NCBI GenBank assembly: GCA_964016885.1
Contig: OZ024760.1
Span: 19,840,001-19,904,000, forward strand
DNA length: 64,000 nt
Source: Eledone cirrhosa
Taxonomy: Eukaryota
Direction of reading: 5' to 3'
Positions 15,621 through 28,524 of the stretch are shown here, piece after piece; positions within the stretch are counted from its first letter, which is position 1; each line of letters begins with the position of its first letter. The notes beneath the pieces were generated by a model. The model was not told where the DNA came from. It searched no databases and saw only the letters and a list, made by a program, of their open reading frames with translations. The translations under genes were made by a program, and so were the position numbers.

Positions 15621-15695
15621 CGAACTCGATCTCATTTTTTTTATATGTCTCTTGTGTTGAAAAGGAGGTCAAGTATGTTATAAATCACTAAATAG

Positions 15696-15744
15696 TTGCT
15701 CCGAAGAATTCAAACCTCGGTTTGGAGGAAACAATTGTAAGCAA
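15696..15744 (+). ncRNA. Minimal type-I hammerhead-like motif (variant core CCGAAGA)
   Basis: Stem I uugcu/agcaa; CCGAAGA; stem II uucaaac/guuugga; GAAA-C-AAUU-G-UA; core U4 is C, so probably impaired. Confidence 0.6.
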
Positions 15745-15942
15745 ATAAATGATTTAAACTGAACTTTGATTAATGTAATTTCTATATAACTGCTCTGTAA
15801 AACAACTGATGTTATTACATTGAGCTATTTATCTTACTGGTAATAAGATAGTAATGAATTACTGTCTTTCACTATTTAGGGTTTAAAATATATATAACCA
15901 TAAAAGGTTTTATTGTATACAAACCATAAATAGTATCCTTAA

Positions 15943-16005
<63 letters not shown>

Positions 16006-16007
16006 CA

Positions 16008-16590
16008 TATGGTGGCTGCCAACTCGTTTTCGAGTACGGCCACTACTTTATATCCATGTAGGAGAACCCCTACCGATGCGCTGAACGAGTGTGACTTTTT
16101 AGTCCGGCCAGCGACTTGAAAACTCTGGTACAAACACTACACCTGTGACAATTATTGACACATAGTGCTGGGCCCATGGTACCATGTGATGACAAGTGCA
16201 GAGAGATCTCCATATATAAAGCAATGCCTGATGTCGTGAAGCTTTTATAGTGAGCAAAGGCACTGCACAAAGCCAGTCCCACTCTCTTAACCAAGATGAT
16301 ATTTACCAAAAAGAAGAACAAGTCAACATCATTGGATACCATCAGGGTTGCAGGTGTTATATCAGAGTTTTCCTTCTCCTAGAATTCTGCCTTGATTTTG
16401 GATGGCCATTGACTCTTAAGAGCTCCTTTGTCCTTTGACAGGTTTTGTTTTTAGTCCTGCAGGATGTCCAAAGTCACCCTCCTCACCAAGAAACCTTGGT
16501 GGGGTTGCCAGTTTAGTCGCCAACGACCCGACCATGAGACAGGTTGTACTGGGATACATGTTACCAGTAGCACCAACTGGTGACTGACCA
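16008..16590 (-). mobile_element. Short RTE-like element, apparently internally deleted (5'UTR-like part joined to a C2H2-bearing 3' end)
   Basis: Minus strand has ggcgactaaactggcaaccccac and ggagaaggaaaactctgatataa (RTE/BovB-like 5'UTR motifs, recalled), then CSVCTRVFKSLAGLKSHTRSAH* and a short 3'UTR ending in TA repeats. Confidence 0.55.
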
Positions 16591-16710
16591 TACATATACA
16601 CACATATATACAGACACACACATACACACATATATACAGGCACACAGATACATACATATATATCACACACATATACAGTCACACACAGGCACACAGTCAC
16701 ACACATACAG

Positions 16711-16744
<34 letters not shown>

Positions 16745-17068
16745 GCACACCCAAATGCACACACACACACACAGACAAGCACACACACATAAACACAAGC
16801 ACCCACACATACACACAAGCACACACACACAAGCACACACACAAGCACCCACACACACACACAAGCACCCACACACACACACACAAGCCTAAGAAAGGTT
16901 AAAACATGTTCCTAGAATGTTTAAAAGCAAACATTAAATGTTTATGTCAAGAGGTGTGTTTTCTCCCTGAGATATTTTTACAGGTTGAAAAGTCAACAGA
17001 AGTTGAGAGAAAGATTCTTATATTTACCAAAGACTTCTCTCTCTCGATCTGACATTTAAGAATAGCAA

Positions 17069-17100
<32 letters not shown>

Positions 17101-17224
17101 GCAACAACAATAGCAGCAATATCAGCAACAACCACATCAGCATATGCATCAGCAATAACAGTACTGTCTTAATTATGTAAAACATTAATAAGTATATATA
17201 TGTATATATATATATATTTTTTTT

Positions 17225-17624
17225 TTTCATTTCATTTCATTTTTACGTCCACTTTTTCCCTGCTTGCAAGGGTGGGACGGGAACTGATTCTGGCTTGATT
17301 TCTACAGCTGGATGCCCTTCCTAACACCAACCTCATTTACAGTGAGTGCTGGGTGCTTTTTTGCCGTGGCACCTCCACGATCATTTTGCAGTGGAATGAT
17401 AGGGACCCCAGTCCCTATCATCTCATTTCTACAGCTGAGTAAACTGGAGCAATGTGAAATAAAGTGTCTTGCTCAAGGAAACAACACATCACCCGGTCTG
17501 AGAATTGAACTCACAACCTTTCGGTTGTAAGGCCAATGCTCTAACCACTAAGCCATGTGCCTCCATTGCTCTAACCACTAAGCCATGTGCCTCCATTGCT
17601 CTAACCACTAAGCCATGTGCCTCC
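17225..17624 (-). mobile_element. SINE family B (tRNA head, CORE-like centre, RTE-type tail) with triplicated 5' end
   Basis: A box tggcttagtgg, B box gagttcaattc, ccttgagcaagacactt centre, (aaatg)n tail; near-identical copies at 17988, 44888, 49725 and 52269. Confidence 0.9.
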
Positions 17625-17679
17625 ATATATATATATACGATATATTAACAAATGGAAACTATATTTATAAAACCATATT

Positions 17680-17744
17680 TATTTCATTATACATATTTCA
17701 AGGACACCAAGTTAAATTATGGTGTGCTTTCATCAGATAAAATA
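17680..17744 (-). ncRNA. Minimal type-I hammerhead ribozyme (H1, left arm)
   Basis: Mirror copy of 17868-17932 on the minus strand. Confidence 0.7.
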
Positions 17745-17867
17745 TAATATAGATCAGTTTTATAAATAAATATTGACATACCCTTAAAGAATGCGGGAGC
17801 TTCCAACAGAAATGGTCGCATTCTTTAAGGGTATGTCAATATTTATTTATAAAACTGATCTATATTA

Positions 17868-17932
17868 TATTTTATCTGATGAAAGCACACCATAATTTAA
17901 CTTGGTGCCCTTGAAATATGTATAATGAAATA
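17868..17932 (+). ncRNA. Minimal type-I hammerhead ribozyme (H1, right arm)
   Basis: Stem I uauuuuau/augaaaua; CUGAUGA 17876-82; stem II aag..cacca/uggug..cuu; GAAA-U-AUGU-A-UA, predicted cut after 17924. Confidence 0.75.
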
Positions 17933-17987
17933 AATATGGTTTTATAAATATAGTTTCCATTTGTTAATATATCGTGTGTATATATAT

Positions 17988-18372
17988 ATCATCATCATCA
18001 TCATCATTTTTACGTCCGCTTTTTCCCTGCTTGCAAGGGTGGGACGGAAACTGATTCTGGCTTGATTTCTACAGCTGGATGCCCTTCCTAACACCAACCT
18101 CATTTACAGTGAGTGCTGGGTGCTTTTTTGCCGTGGCACCTCCATGACCACTTTGCAGTGGAATGATAGGGACCCCAGTCCCTATCATCTCATTTCTACA
18201 GCTGAGTAAACTGGAGCAATGTGAAATAAAGTGTCTTGCTCAAGGAAACAACACATCACTCGGTCTGAGAATTGAACTCACAACCTTTCGATTGCAAGGC
18301 CAATGCTCTAACCACTAAGCCATGTGCCTCCATTGCAAGGCCAATGCTCTAACCACTAAGCCATGTGCCTCC
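17988..18372 (-). mobile_element. SINE family B with 41-bp 5'-end duplication
   Basis: Same sequence as the 17225 copy; (cat)n tail at left. Confidence 0.9.
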
Positions 18373-18684
18373 ATATATATATGAATAAATTTTTGTTTCA
18401 TAATTAGGGTGGTGAGGGTTCTGTCCATTACAATATGGATGGTGGGGTTCTGTTATATTTGGAAAATTATTTTGAGGGGCCTGTAACAAAACATCTGCGA
18501 TCTGCTTTACATTATTGCATTGTACTGCGTTTGGTTGCATTAAAGGATGCATGACAACTGGTGTAGAGGGAGGGGGGGGGGGCATGAATTACAGCCAATC
18601 AGATCTTGTTTTTCTATCAGTAAAATGACTGGTGGACAATGCAGAGAAAGGGTATGCATTTAACGGATGCACATCATGTGCAGC

Positions 18685-19094
18685 TGCAACATCAGCATCC
18701 ACACCACCACTACAACAATAACAACAACCACACCATCACTACAATAGCAGCAACAACCACTACCACAACAACCACCAACAACAAACACCACCATCACAAC
18801 AACAACAACTATCACAACAACAACAACAACCACTACCGCAACAACAACAACCACCACCATCACAACAACAACAACCACCATCACAACAGCAACAACAACA
18901 ACCATCATCACAACAACAACAACAACAACAACCATCACAACAACAACAACAACCATCACAACAGCAGCAACAACAACAACAACCATCACAACAACAACAA
19001 CAACAACAACCATCACAACAACAACAATAAAAACAACCAGCATCACAACAACAACAACAACAACAACAATCACAACAACAACAACAACCACCAT

Positions 19095-19126
<32 letters not shown>

Positions 19127-19160
19127 CCACAACAACAACAACAACAACAACAAAAACAAC
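18685..19160. repeat. (CAA/CAC/CAT)n trinucleotide repeat
   Basis: Seen directly. Confidence 0.9.
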
Positions 19161-19350
19161 TAAGGATGTAATTCAAGGGATCTTTCGATACAATAGAAAG
19201 ATGAAAGTTATCAGATATTTAGAAAATATCTAATATAAACATGTTAGATAAAATAGAGTTTTATTATTGATGTTGTTGTTGTTGTTGTTGTGGAATATAA
19301 TGATAGATGTGGAACAAAGATATGGTAATATTTATCTATCTATATCCTCG

Positions 19351-19381
<31 letters not shown>

Positions 19382-19382
19382 T

Positions 19383-19413
<31 letters not shown>

Positions 19414-19415
19414 CA

Positions 19416-19471
<56 letters not shown>

Positions 19472-19509
19472 AGTTTATATATATATATATAAACTTATAT
19501 ATATATATT

Positions 19510-19543
<34 letters not shown>

Positions 19544-19759
19544 AGTTTATATATATATATATAAACTTATATATATATATTTGTATATATATATTAGTAT
19601 GTATATATATATATCTATATATATATATATTCGTATATATATATATATATATATATTAGTATATATATATATCTATATATATATATATATTCGTATATAT
19701 ATATATATATATATATATTCGTATATTCGTATATATATATATATATAGATATATATATA

Positions 19760-19865
19760 TAACAAAGGAGTTGTCGTAAGGAACCAGATGGACCATAATG
19801 CACCAGAGTACTCAATACTTAGGGTAGTAGAGAGCTGTTTCGACAGCTATTTCTGAGTCCAGTCT
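19760..19865 (-). mobile_element. Fragment of the 9103-9300 element family in (TA)n
   Basis: gtaaggaaccagatgg.ccataatgcacca.agtactcaatacttaggg is the reverse complement of ~9240-9290. Confidence 0.7.
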
Positions 19866-19911
<46 letters not shown>

Positions 19912-20084
19912 AATATATATATATATATATACTCGTATATAGATATATAAATATATAATTGAAATTAAAAAATGTATGTATAAAGCCATATATCATTAGA
20001 AAATCTTGAGTCACTTAACAGGAATGAAACCAGGATAAGCTCCCTCTTGATGACTCTTCACTCTTGGAGACAGACTTCTTCTTC

Positions 20085-21425
20085 GCCCACTTATTCCTGA
20101 GAGGGTCGAGGGAGGAAGAGTCCTCAAGCACTCCTTCCAACAGGCCCTGTCAGATGCAACCATCTCCAATTGATTCGGCTGGATCCCCGAATGAGATCAG
20201 CCAAGTTCATGGATGTTATCCAACAATCTTGCTCTCAAGGTCTACCCCTGGGTCTCCTGTTGGTTGGTTTTTGCCAATAAAATCTGTCCAGCGATTCTTT
20301 CCTGAGACATTCTAACCACAGGCCTGGAGTATTTAGTATCTGAGTTGTGATCTCTCAATTCAGAGAAGTAGCTGCTCTACCTGGAGTGACTCTCTGATCT
20401 CCGATCTACAAATCTGTCCAGCGATTCTTTCCTGAGACATTCTAACCACAGGCCTGGAGTATTTAGTATCTGAGCTGTGATCTCTCAATTCAGAGAAGTA
20501 GCTGCTCTACCTGGAGTGACTCTCTGATCTCCGATCTACAAATCTGTCCAGCGATTCTTTCCTGAGACATTCTAACCACAGGCCTGGAGTATTTAGTATC
20601 TGAGCTGTGATCTCTCAATTCAGAGAAGTAGCTGCTCTACCTGGAGTGACTCTCTGATCTCCGATCTACAAATCTGTCCAGCGATTCTTTCCTGAGACAT
20701 TCTAACCACAGGCCTGGAGTATTTAGTATCTGAGCTGTGATCTCTCAATTCAGAGAAGTAGCTGCTCTACCTGGAGTGACTCTCTGATCTCCGATCTACA
20801 AATCTGTCCAGCGATTCTTTCCTGAGACATTCTAACCACATGCCCATAGTATCGGAGCTGGGATTTCTCAATTCGGAGATCTAGCGGCTCTACTTGGAGT
20901 GACTCCCTGATCTCCGAGTGATACACTCTATTGAATAATCTTAATCCAAAGACCCTTCAAAGAAATTCCATTTCAGCCGCCTGTATTCGCGATTGTATTC
21001 TTTTGGTCATTACCCAAGATTCAAGACCATAGGTAAGGGTTAGCACGAATACCAAATTGAAGATAGTGAGTTTAGCTTTTATGCCTACCTCCCTTCTTCT
21101 GATTAGTGAATGCTGAAGCTGCTGCAATACTGCACCAGCTCTTGCAATTCTTGCACTTAATTCAGGAGAGGTGACAGTACACACCCTAAGCAGTGTCCAA
21201 CTCTCACATTGAAAGGTTTCAATTTAGCACCATTTATCCGAGCACAAATACTCAAGCATTCATATAGAGACATCAGGGTAGCGAGAAGTTGACCCTTGAG
21301 CCCATACTCCTGCACAACCTTCCACAGAAGGACCTGGGGAATGCGGTCTTATGCCTTTTCGAAGTCTGCAAAACAAGAATATACCTCTTGGCAATACTCC
21401 CACGATTTCTCAAAGACCTGTTCCA
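20085..21425 (-). mobile_element. RTE-clade LINE fragment (RT remnant plus C-terminus) with deletion and stops
   Basis: Minus-strand translation: FEKSWEYCQEVYSCFADFEKAxDRI (RT), LTYGLESWVMTKRIQSRIQAAEMEFL, QLRYYGHVVRM. Confidence 0.9.
20281..20840. repeat. 130-bp tandem array (~4.3 copies) inside the RTE fragment
   Basis: aatctgtccagcg at 20281, 20411, 20541, 20671 and 20801. Confidence 0.95.
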
Positions 21426-21509
21426 TAATATTACTACTATTGCTACTACTACGACTATTTAGTAATGACTACTACTAGTAGTATTAGTAGAAGTCGATAT
21501 AGGAAAAAA

Positions 21510-21540
<31 letters not shown>

Positions 21541-21544
21541 CATG

Positions 21545-21739
21545 GAAAGTTATATTTAAATTGTTGGGTTACAACGAGTAAATATTTATAACTGATATAA
21601 AAGCACTCGACAAGTATTTGGAGTATATTTACGATATTAAATAAATGGAAATTATATTTATAAAACCATATTTATTTCATTATATATATTTCAGGGATAT
21701 CATATTAAAAATATGTTATGCCTTCTTCAGACAAAATAC

Positions 21740-21740
<1 letters not shown>
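21545..21740 (-). mobile_element. H1 element copy with diverged hammerhead (21673-21738)
   Basis: Minus strand: uauuuugu CUGAAGA agg.aua.cauauu/aauaug.uau.ccu GAAA U AUAU A UA augaaaua; stem II differs in sequence but still pairs. Confidence 0.7.
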
Positions 21741-21772
<32 letters not shown>

Positions 21773-21780
21773 GATATATA

Positions 21781-21990
21781 CAGTCCGTTTGCTTTTTACG
21801 CAAACTTGATGGACGCAAATTTGCTTTAACGCATCTTGAAGAAATATTAAATATTCACTTCGCACGAATAACGCTCTATAATACTTGTGGTTTTTAATTA
21901 TTTTTATTTATCAGAAATATTAGACTTGAATTACGCGGATTTGCTTTACGCGCCTCGTTCACAAACACATCTTCGCGTAGAGAGCGAACA

Positions 21991-21995
<5 letters not shown>
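21781..21995. mobile_element. Tc1/mariner-superfamily (Tigger/pogo-like) MITE
   Basis: Imperfect TIRs cagtccgtttgctttttacgc / gcgtagagagcgaacacacta with TA flanks. Confidence 0.6.
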
Positions 21996-22026
<31 letters not shown>

Positions 22027-22060
22027 TCATCATCATTGTTTAACATCCCTCTTCCACGCT

Positions 22061-22119
<59 letters not shown>

Positions 22120-22513
22120 ATATGTATATATATATATATATAGTGTGTTTTTATAGATATTTTTTTTTACCAGATATATATATATATCTGATAAAAAAAA
22201 ATATTTTTTATGATAAGGTTTGCAGCATGAAAATTCAAGAGATTCAGTAGAGAAGAGATTTGAATTATTAATGACAGGGTGGTGGTGGTGGTGATGGTGG
22301 TGATGGTGGGGGAGGGATATGATAGTGGGGGAGAAGGAGTAAGATTGAGATGAAGTGTTCTATCTAATGGGTGGGTGGTGGTGGTGGTGGTGGTGGTGGT
22401 GGGGTTCAGATGAAGTTCTATTATTAGTATTTATTAACCAGCCAATCAGACGAAGTAGTTAGTGCTGTGTTTATTATCTAATGTTACAGGGGAGAGTCAC
22501 ATAGACATAGGTG

Positions 22514-22564
<51 letters not shown>

Positions 22565-22566
22565 AT

Positions 22567-22597
<31 letters not shown>

Positions 22598-22625
22598 GGA
22601 GAGAGAGAGAGAGAGAGAGACAATA

Positions 22626-22679
<54 letters not shown>

Positions 22680-22682
22680 ATG

Positions 22683-22762
<80 letters not shown>

Positions 22763-22970
22763 ATAATATATATATAGAGAGAGAGACCAGCAGAAAGATA
22801 GTAGGTGAGTATGATAAAGAGATATATAGATATACAGAGAAAGAGACAGATATATATATATGTGTATATATATATGTGTGTATATATATGTGTATATAGA
22901 AAGAGAGAGAGTGTGTGGCAGGGAGTGAGTGGATCAGAGAGAAAAAGAGGGGTTAGTAGTCATTACCCAA

Positions 22971-23008
<38 letters not shown>

Positions 23009-23947
23009 TCAGTAGTAGTAGTAGTAGTAGTAGTAGTATTATTTTAAAATGGTAGTTGCAGGTGTTGTTTTGTTCTTAGTAAGGAATATTGGTAAATAGT
23101 TTTTTGACACATGCATATAGGCACGCTCACACACACACACAAAGACACTTATACTCACATACATATATATATATATACATACTCACATCATCATCATCAT
23201 CATCTACGTTTAACGTCCATTTTCCACGCTAACACATATATACTCACATATATATTTATATACATACTCACATATATATATATATATGCACATACACACA
23301 TATATACTCACATACATATATATATATATACATACTCACATATATATATATATATGCACATACACACGCACACACATATATACTCATATACATATATATA
23401 TATATATACATACTCACATATATATATATGCACATACACACACACACATATATACTTACATACATATATGCACATACACACATATACACATATACATATA
23501 TATATATATACACACACACATATACATGTATATACTTATATTTATATATACACATACACATATACATGTATATACTCATATATATATACACATATACATA
23601 TACATGTATATACCCACATATATACTCACATACACATATATACACGCATATATACTCATATGCACATACACACACATATATACTCACATATATATACATA
23701 CACACACACATATATACTCACATATATATATACATATGTACACATACACATATACATACATATATATATATACACCTAGATATATACACACACAAATATA
23801 CATCACCTATAAATGGACAAATTGAAAATATGATTGGGCGGGGGGGTGGGGGGGGGGGGGGGGGGGGGGGAATCTTCTGGAAAGCTCTGCAGAGATTTAA
23901 AAATAGAAAATATAGTCGTGACTTGTTTTGGAAATTTAATGTGAGTA

Positions 23948-23986
<39 letters not shown>

Positions 23987-23989
<3 letters not shown>

Positions 23990-24177
23990 AAAGTTCTATT
24001 TAAATTGTTGGGATACAACAAACAAATATTTTTATAACTGATATAAAGCACTCGACAAGTATTTGGAGTAAATATACGATATATATGAAAGCATACCATA
24101 ATTTAACATGGTATCCTTGAAATATGTATAATAAAATAGATATGGTTTTATAAATATAGTTTCCATTTGTTAATATC

Positions 24178-24180
<3 letters not shown>
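23987..24180. mobile_element. H1 element: inverted 3' tail joined to a hammerhead 3' half
   Basis: gcaaaagttctatttaaattg.. is the reverse complement of ~26530-26612; then aagcataccat/atggtatcctt gaaa tatgtata; CTGATGA lost at the junction. Confidence 0.7.
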
Positions 24181-24214
<34 letters not shown>

Positions 24215-24215
<1 letters not shown>

Positions 24216-24500
24216 GAACTAAGGGAGAAATTAGGAATAAGAGGGATCAGATGTTGTTTACTCGAGAGAAGACTACGTTGGTATGGTCACGTGATGCACA
24301 TGAAAGACGACAGCTGTATAACAAAGTGCAGGGCGATAAAAATAGACGGTAGCCACGGAGTAGGCAGACCCAGAAAAACCTGGGACGACTTGATAAATTC
24401 CGACCTCACACACTTACACCTCTCTAAGACAATGTCACTGGACCGAGATCTTTGGCGCTACACAGTAATACAGAAGACCCGCCTTGCCTAAGTACAAAGC
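24215..24500 (+). mobile_element. RTE-clade LINE 3' fragment
   Basis: LRWYGHV..DGSHGVGRPRKTWDDLINSDL..DRDLWRYTV. Confidence 0.85.
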
Positions 24501-24630
24501 GAAACCTACAGTCAGTAGGCACCTCTAACAAAAATACACCCCTGTCCCACTACCTCCATCCCATCCACACCACCCCCTTAAATGTGAAGTTATGTTGGTA
24601 CCACAATATCCAGTCCGAAACAAATGAGGT

Positions 24631-25150
24631 CGTGTAGGTGGCACGACAAAAAAACACACAGTCCACGCTGTAATGTGGCCGTGTAGGTAACACGGTAAAA
24701 ACCTCCCAGTTCACACTGTAAACGCGGTTGGTGTTAGGAAGGGCATCCAGCCGTAGAAAACCCGCCAGACGTGTAGGTGTCACGACAAAAATACACACAG
24801 TCCACGCTGTAATGTGGCCGTGTAGGTAACACGGTAAAAACCTCCCAGTCCACACTGTAAACGCGGTTGGTGTTAGGAAGGGCATCCAGCTGTAGAAAAC
24901 CCGCCAGACGTGTAGGTGTCACGAAAAAAAAACACACAGTCCACGCTGTAATATGGCCGTGTAGGTAACACGATAAAAACCTCCCAGTCCACACTGTAAA
25001 CGTGGTTGGTGTTAGGAAGGGCATCCAGCCGTAGAAAACCCACCAGACAGTCCTATACGAGCAAGTCAACCAATCTTGCCTCAAGTGGGAAAACTCCCCT
25101 CCAAACCCATGCTAGCGTGGAAGATGGACGTTAAATGATGATGATGATGA
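24631..25150 (+). repeat. 139-bp x3 tandem of SINE tail sequence ending in (tga)n
   Basis: Units start at 24631, 24770 and 24909; contain ggttggtgttaggaagggcatccagc as in SINE B; tail ggacgttaaatgatgatg. Confidence 0.85.
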
Positions 25151-25302
25151 TATATATATTCTCTGTTACCTGTTCCAGCCATCTGGCTGGGGCTATGCTG
25201 GGGCACTGCCCTTCTCTCTCTATATATATATATACCATAAATATAGATTAAAATAAAATTCAATCATATTATGCTATGTATGTGTGTATATATATATATA
25301 TA

Positions 25303-25467
<165 letters not shown>

Positions 25468-25546
25468 GTGTGTATATATATATATATATATGTGTGTATA
25501 TATATATATATATGTGTGTATATATATATATGTGTGTATATATATA

Positions 25547-25579
<33 letters not shown>

Positions 25580-25594
25580 GTGTATATATATATG

Positions 25595-25627
<33 letters not shown>

Positions 25628-25722
25628 GTGTGTATATATATATATGTGTATATATATATGTATATATATATGTGTATATATATATATATGTATATACATA
25701 TACATACATATATATATACATA

Positions 25723-25815
25723 CAGGGTGTTCCCCAAAATATATACAACAGCATTCTAATAGATATTGTCTGTACAGGTAATCAAACTGTGTGTAAATTC
25801 TTTGGGGACACCCTG
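25723..25815. mobile_element. ~95-bp Tc1/mariner-type MITE
   Basis: TIR cagggtgt(t)cccc/ggggacaccctg after TA; copies at 34056-34150 and 35173-35271. Confidence 0.8.
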
Positions 25816-25836
25816 TGTGTGTATGTATGTATATAT

Positions 25837-25982
<146 letters not shown>

Positions 25983-26117
25983 CAAAAGGGATATTGAATT
26001 TGTTGTAAATTCAACAAATATAAATGTTTATAACTGATTCAGAGCACTCCACAGTTTTCTGGAGTATAATATTCAACGATATTAAATAAATGGAAACTAT
26101 ATTTATAAAACCATATT

Positions 26118-26178
26118 TATTCTATTATATATATTTCAAGGGTACCAAAAGTTTGGTACGCTTTCATCAGATAAAATA
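26118..26178 (-). ncRNA. Minimal type-I hammerhead ribozyme (H1, left arm)
   Basis: Mirror of 26317-26377. Confidence 0.75.
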
Positions 26179-26316
26179 CAAAGTTTGTTTTATAAATGTT
26201 GACATAACCAAGAAAAGATACCTTAACGGCTCAAGTTTTTCTTGACTATCCAAGAAAATCTTGAGCCGTTAAGGTATCTTTTCTTGGTTATGTCAACATT
26301 TATAAAACAAACTTTG

Positions 26317-26377
26317 TATTTTATCTGATGAAAGCGTACCAAAAATTTGGTACCCTTGAAATATATATAATAGAATA
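26317..26377 (+). ncRNA. Minimal type-I hammerhead ribozyme (H1, right arm)
   Basis: Stem I uauuuuau/auagaaua; CUGAUGA 26325-31; stem II aag-c-guaccaa/uugguac-c-cuu; GAAA-U-AUAU-A-UA with palindromic loop III; predicted cut after 26369. Confidence 0.8.
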
Positions 26378-27049
26378 AATATGATTTTATAAATATAGTT
26401 TCCATTTATTTAATATCATCGTATATATATATATATATATATAATTTAACTTGGTGCCCTTGAAATATGTATAATGAAATAAATATGGTTTTATAAATAT
26501 AGTTTCCATTTGTTAATATCGTATGTTTATTCCAAATACTTGTTGAGTGCTTTATATCAGTTATAAAAATATTTGCTTGTTGTATCCCAACAATTTAAAT
26601 AGAACTTTTGCATATATATATATATATATATATATATAGAAACACATACTTCACCTACACAAAATTTACTCCTACAAGATGTGTTTATATATATATATAT
26701 ATATATATAAACACATGTTTCACCTACACAAAATTTATATATATATTTTTATACACGCGTATATGAGTGGGCGTCTGTCAGGCAGTAGAAATGAGGAAGA
26801 ACCACGACGTGTCTTTGACGTAAATGTACAAAGTGTGTGTTACAGTTGTTAAGATATTTTTGTGATAAACTTATTTCATTGAAACAGGCGAAATATAATA
26901 TAACGAGTGGTGGGGGCGGAAGAGAAAGGGGGATGACGGGACCACCTATAAGAATCGAACCCCGTACCATTCATTCATTATATGTAAGCACAGTGGTCAA
27001 TCTTAAACAGTTTTCATCGTACTAATATATATATATATATATATATATA

Positions 27050-27172
27050 CGTTATTCCGGGTTGAATCGGAGGTAACCACAGTAAGTAAGGTACTCAATA
27101 CATTGCAGAGTATAAAAGTTTTAATATAGATGAGATTAAAGAATGAAACAGTTCTAGTCCTGTAGAATCTCA

Positions 27173-27175
<3 letters not shown>
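27050..27175. mobile_element. Fragment of a TA-embedded element family shared with 46900-47050 and 50225-50260
   Basis: ggtaaccacagtaagt.aggtactcaata and gaatgaaacagttctagtcctgtagaa are shared. Confidence 0.65.
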
Positions 27176-27234
<59 letters not shown>

Positions 27235-27369
27235 CATAAACGGGGAAAGCAATTAGCGATACTCCGACCAATTTCCATCTCACTCAACAAACATTAGGAA
27301 ATACCGGAGTATATTCCCAATTAAACGTTTGGGGGGCTAACTATATTGTATTGTGTGGATAATCGGCTG

Positions 27370-27457
<88 letters not shown>

Positions 27458-28372
27458 ATACATACACAGGTATAAATATGTATACATACACAGGTATAAA
27501 TATATATTTTAAAATGTCGTTATACTGAAAAATTCGTTATAACAACATTTTACCTGTATATATATTATATACGTCCATATATATATATGTATGTATATAC
27601 ATACGTACACATATATATATATATATATACATACACAACACACACATATATATATAGACACACAACACTCACATATATATATTGACACACACACATATAT
27701 ACACACACATATACACATATCTACACACACACATATATATTTACATACACACACATACATATATACACATATCTACACACACACACATAAATATATACAC
27801 ACACACATATATTTGTATACACACACACACACATATTTGTATATATATATATATATATACACCCACACATATATTTGTATATATATATATATATACTCCA
27901 CTAGATACAATACACGTGATATCTCAAAGTACGTGGGCGAGTTTCGCTGTTTCTTTATTTTCTATATTCACTTCTTTATACACAAATTAGAAACATTTCT
28001 ATGTATAACGGTTTCCTGGTGGATATATATTAGAGAGAGAGGGGGGGGGGGATAGAGATAGATGTGTACTTGGTAGGTGGTGAATGAGTGTGTGTATATG
28101 TGTATGATGTATGTATGTGTGTGTAATACGTACGTGGTGGATGTGTGTATGATGCGTGTGTATGTATGTGTGTAATAGATGCGTGTGTGTATGTGTGTAA
28201 TAGGTACGTGGTGGATGTGTGTGTGTGTGTGTGTGTAATACGTACGTGAAGAATGTGTATGTGTATGATGTGTACGTTGGTGTGTGTGTATGTGTATAAT
28301 ACCTACGTGTGTGTGTGTGTATGTGTATAATATCTACGTGAAGAATATGTGTATGCGTGTGATAGCACCGTC

Positions 28373-28385
28373 GTTGCTAGGTGAC
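28373..28385. promoter_or_regulatory. Candidate RFX X-box
   Basis: gttgctaggtgac (reverse complement gtcacctagcaac) in a small CpG-containing unique island; motif match only. Confidence 0.25.
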
Positions 28386-28493
28386 AGCAGACGTCTGGGT
28401 GAGAGAGATAGAGAGTGCGTGTGTGTGTTTAACACAGGGAGAGAGTGTGTGTGTGTGTATGTAACAGAGAGAGAGAGAGTGTGTGTGTGTTAC

Positions 28494-28524
<31 letters not shown>

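Larger units (their letters stand above)
17637..17975. mobile_element. Palindromic hammerhead-bearing element (family H1): 159-bp arms, 21-nt spacer
   Basis: 17637-17795 vs 17817-17975 are reverse complements (1 mismatch seen); TA flanks; homologous pieces at 21545, 23987, 25982 and 32510. Confidence 0.9.
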
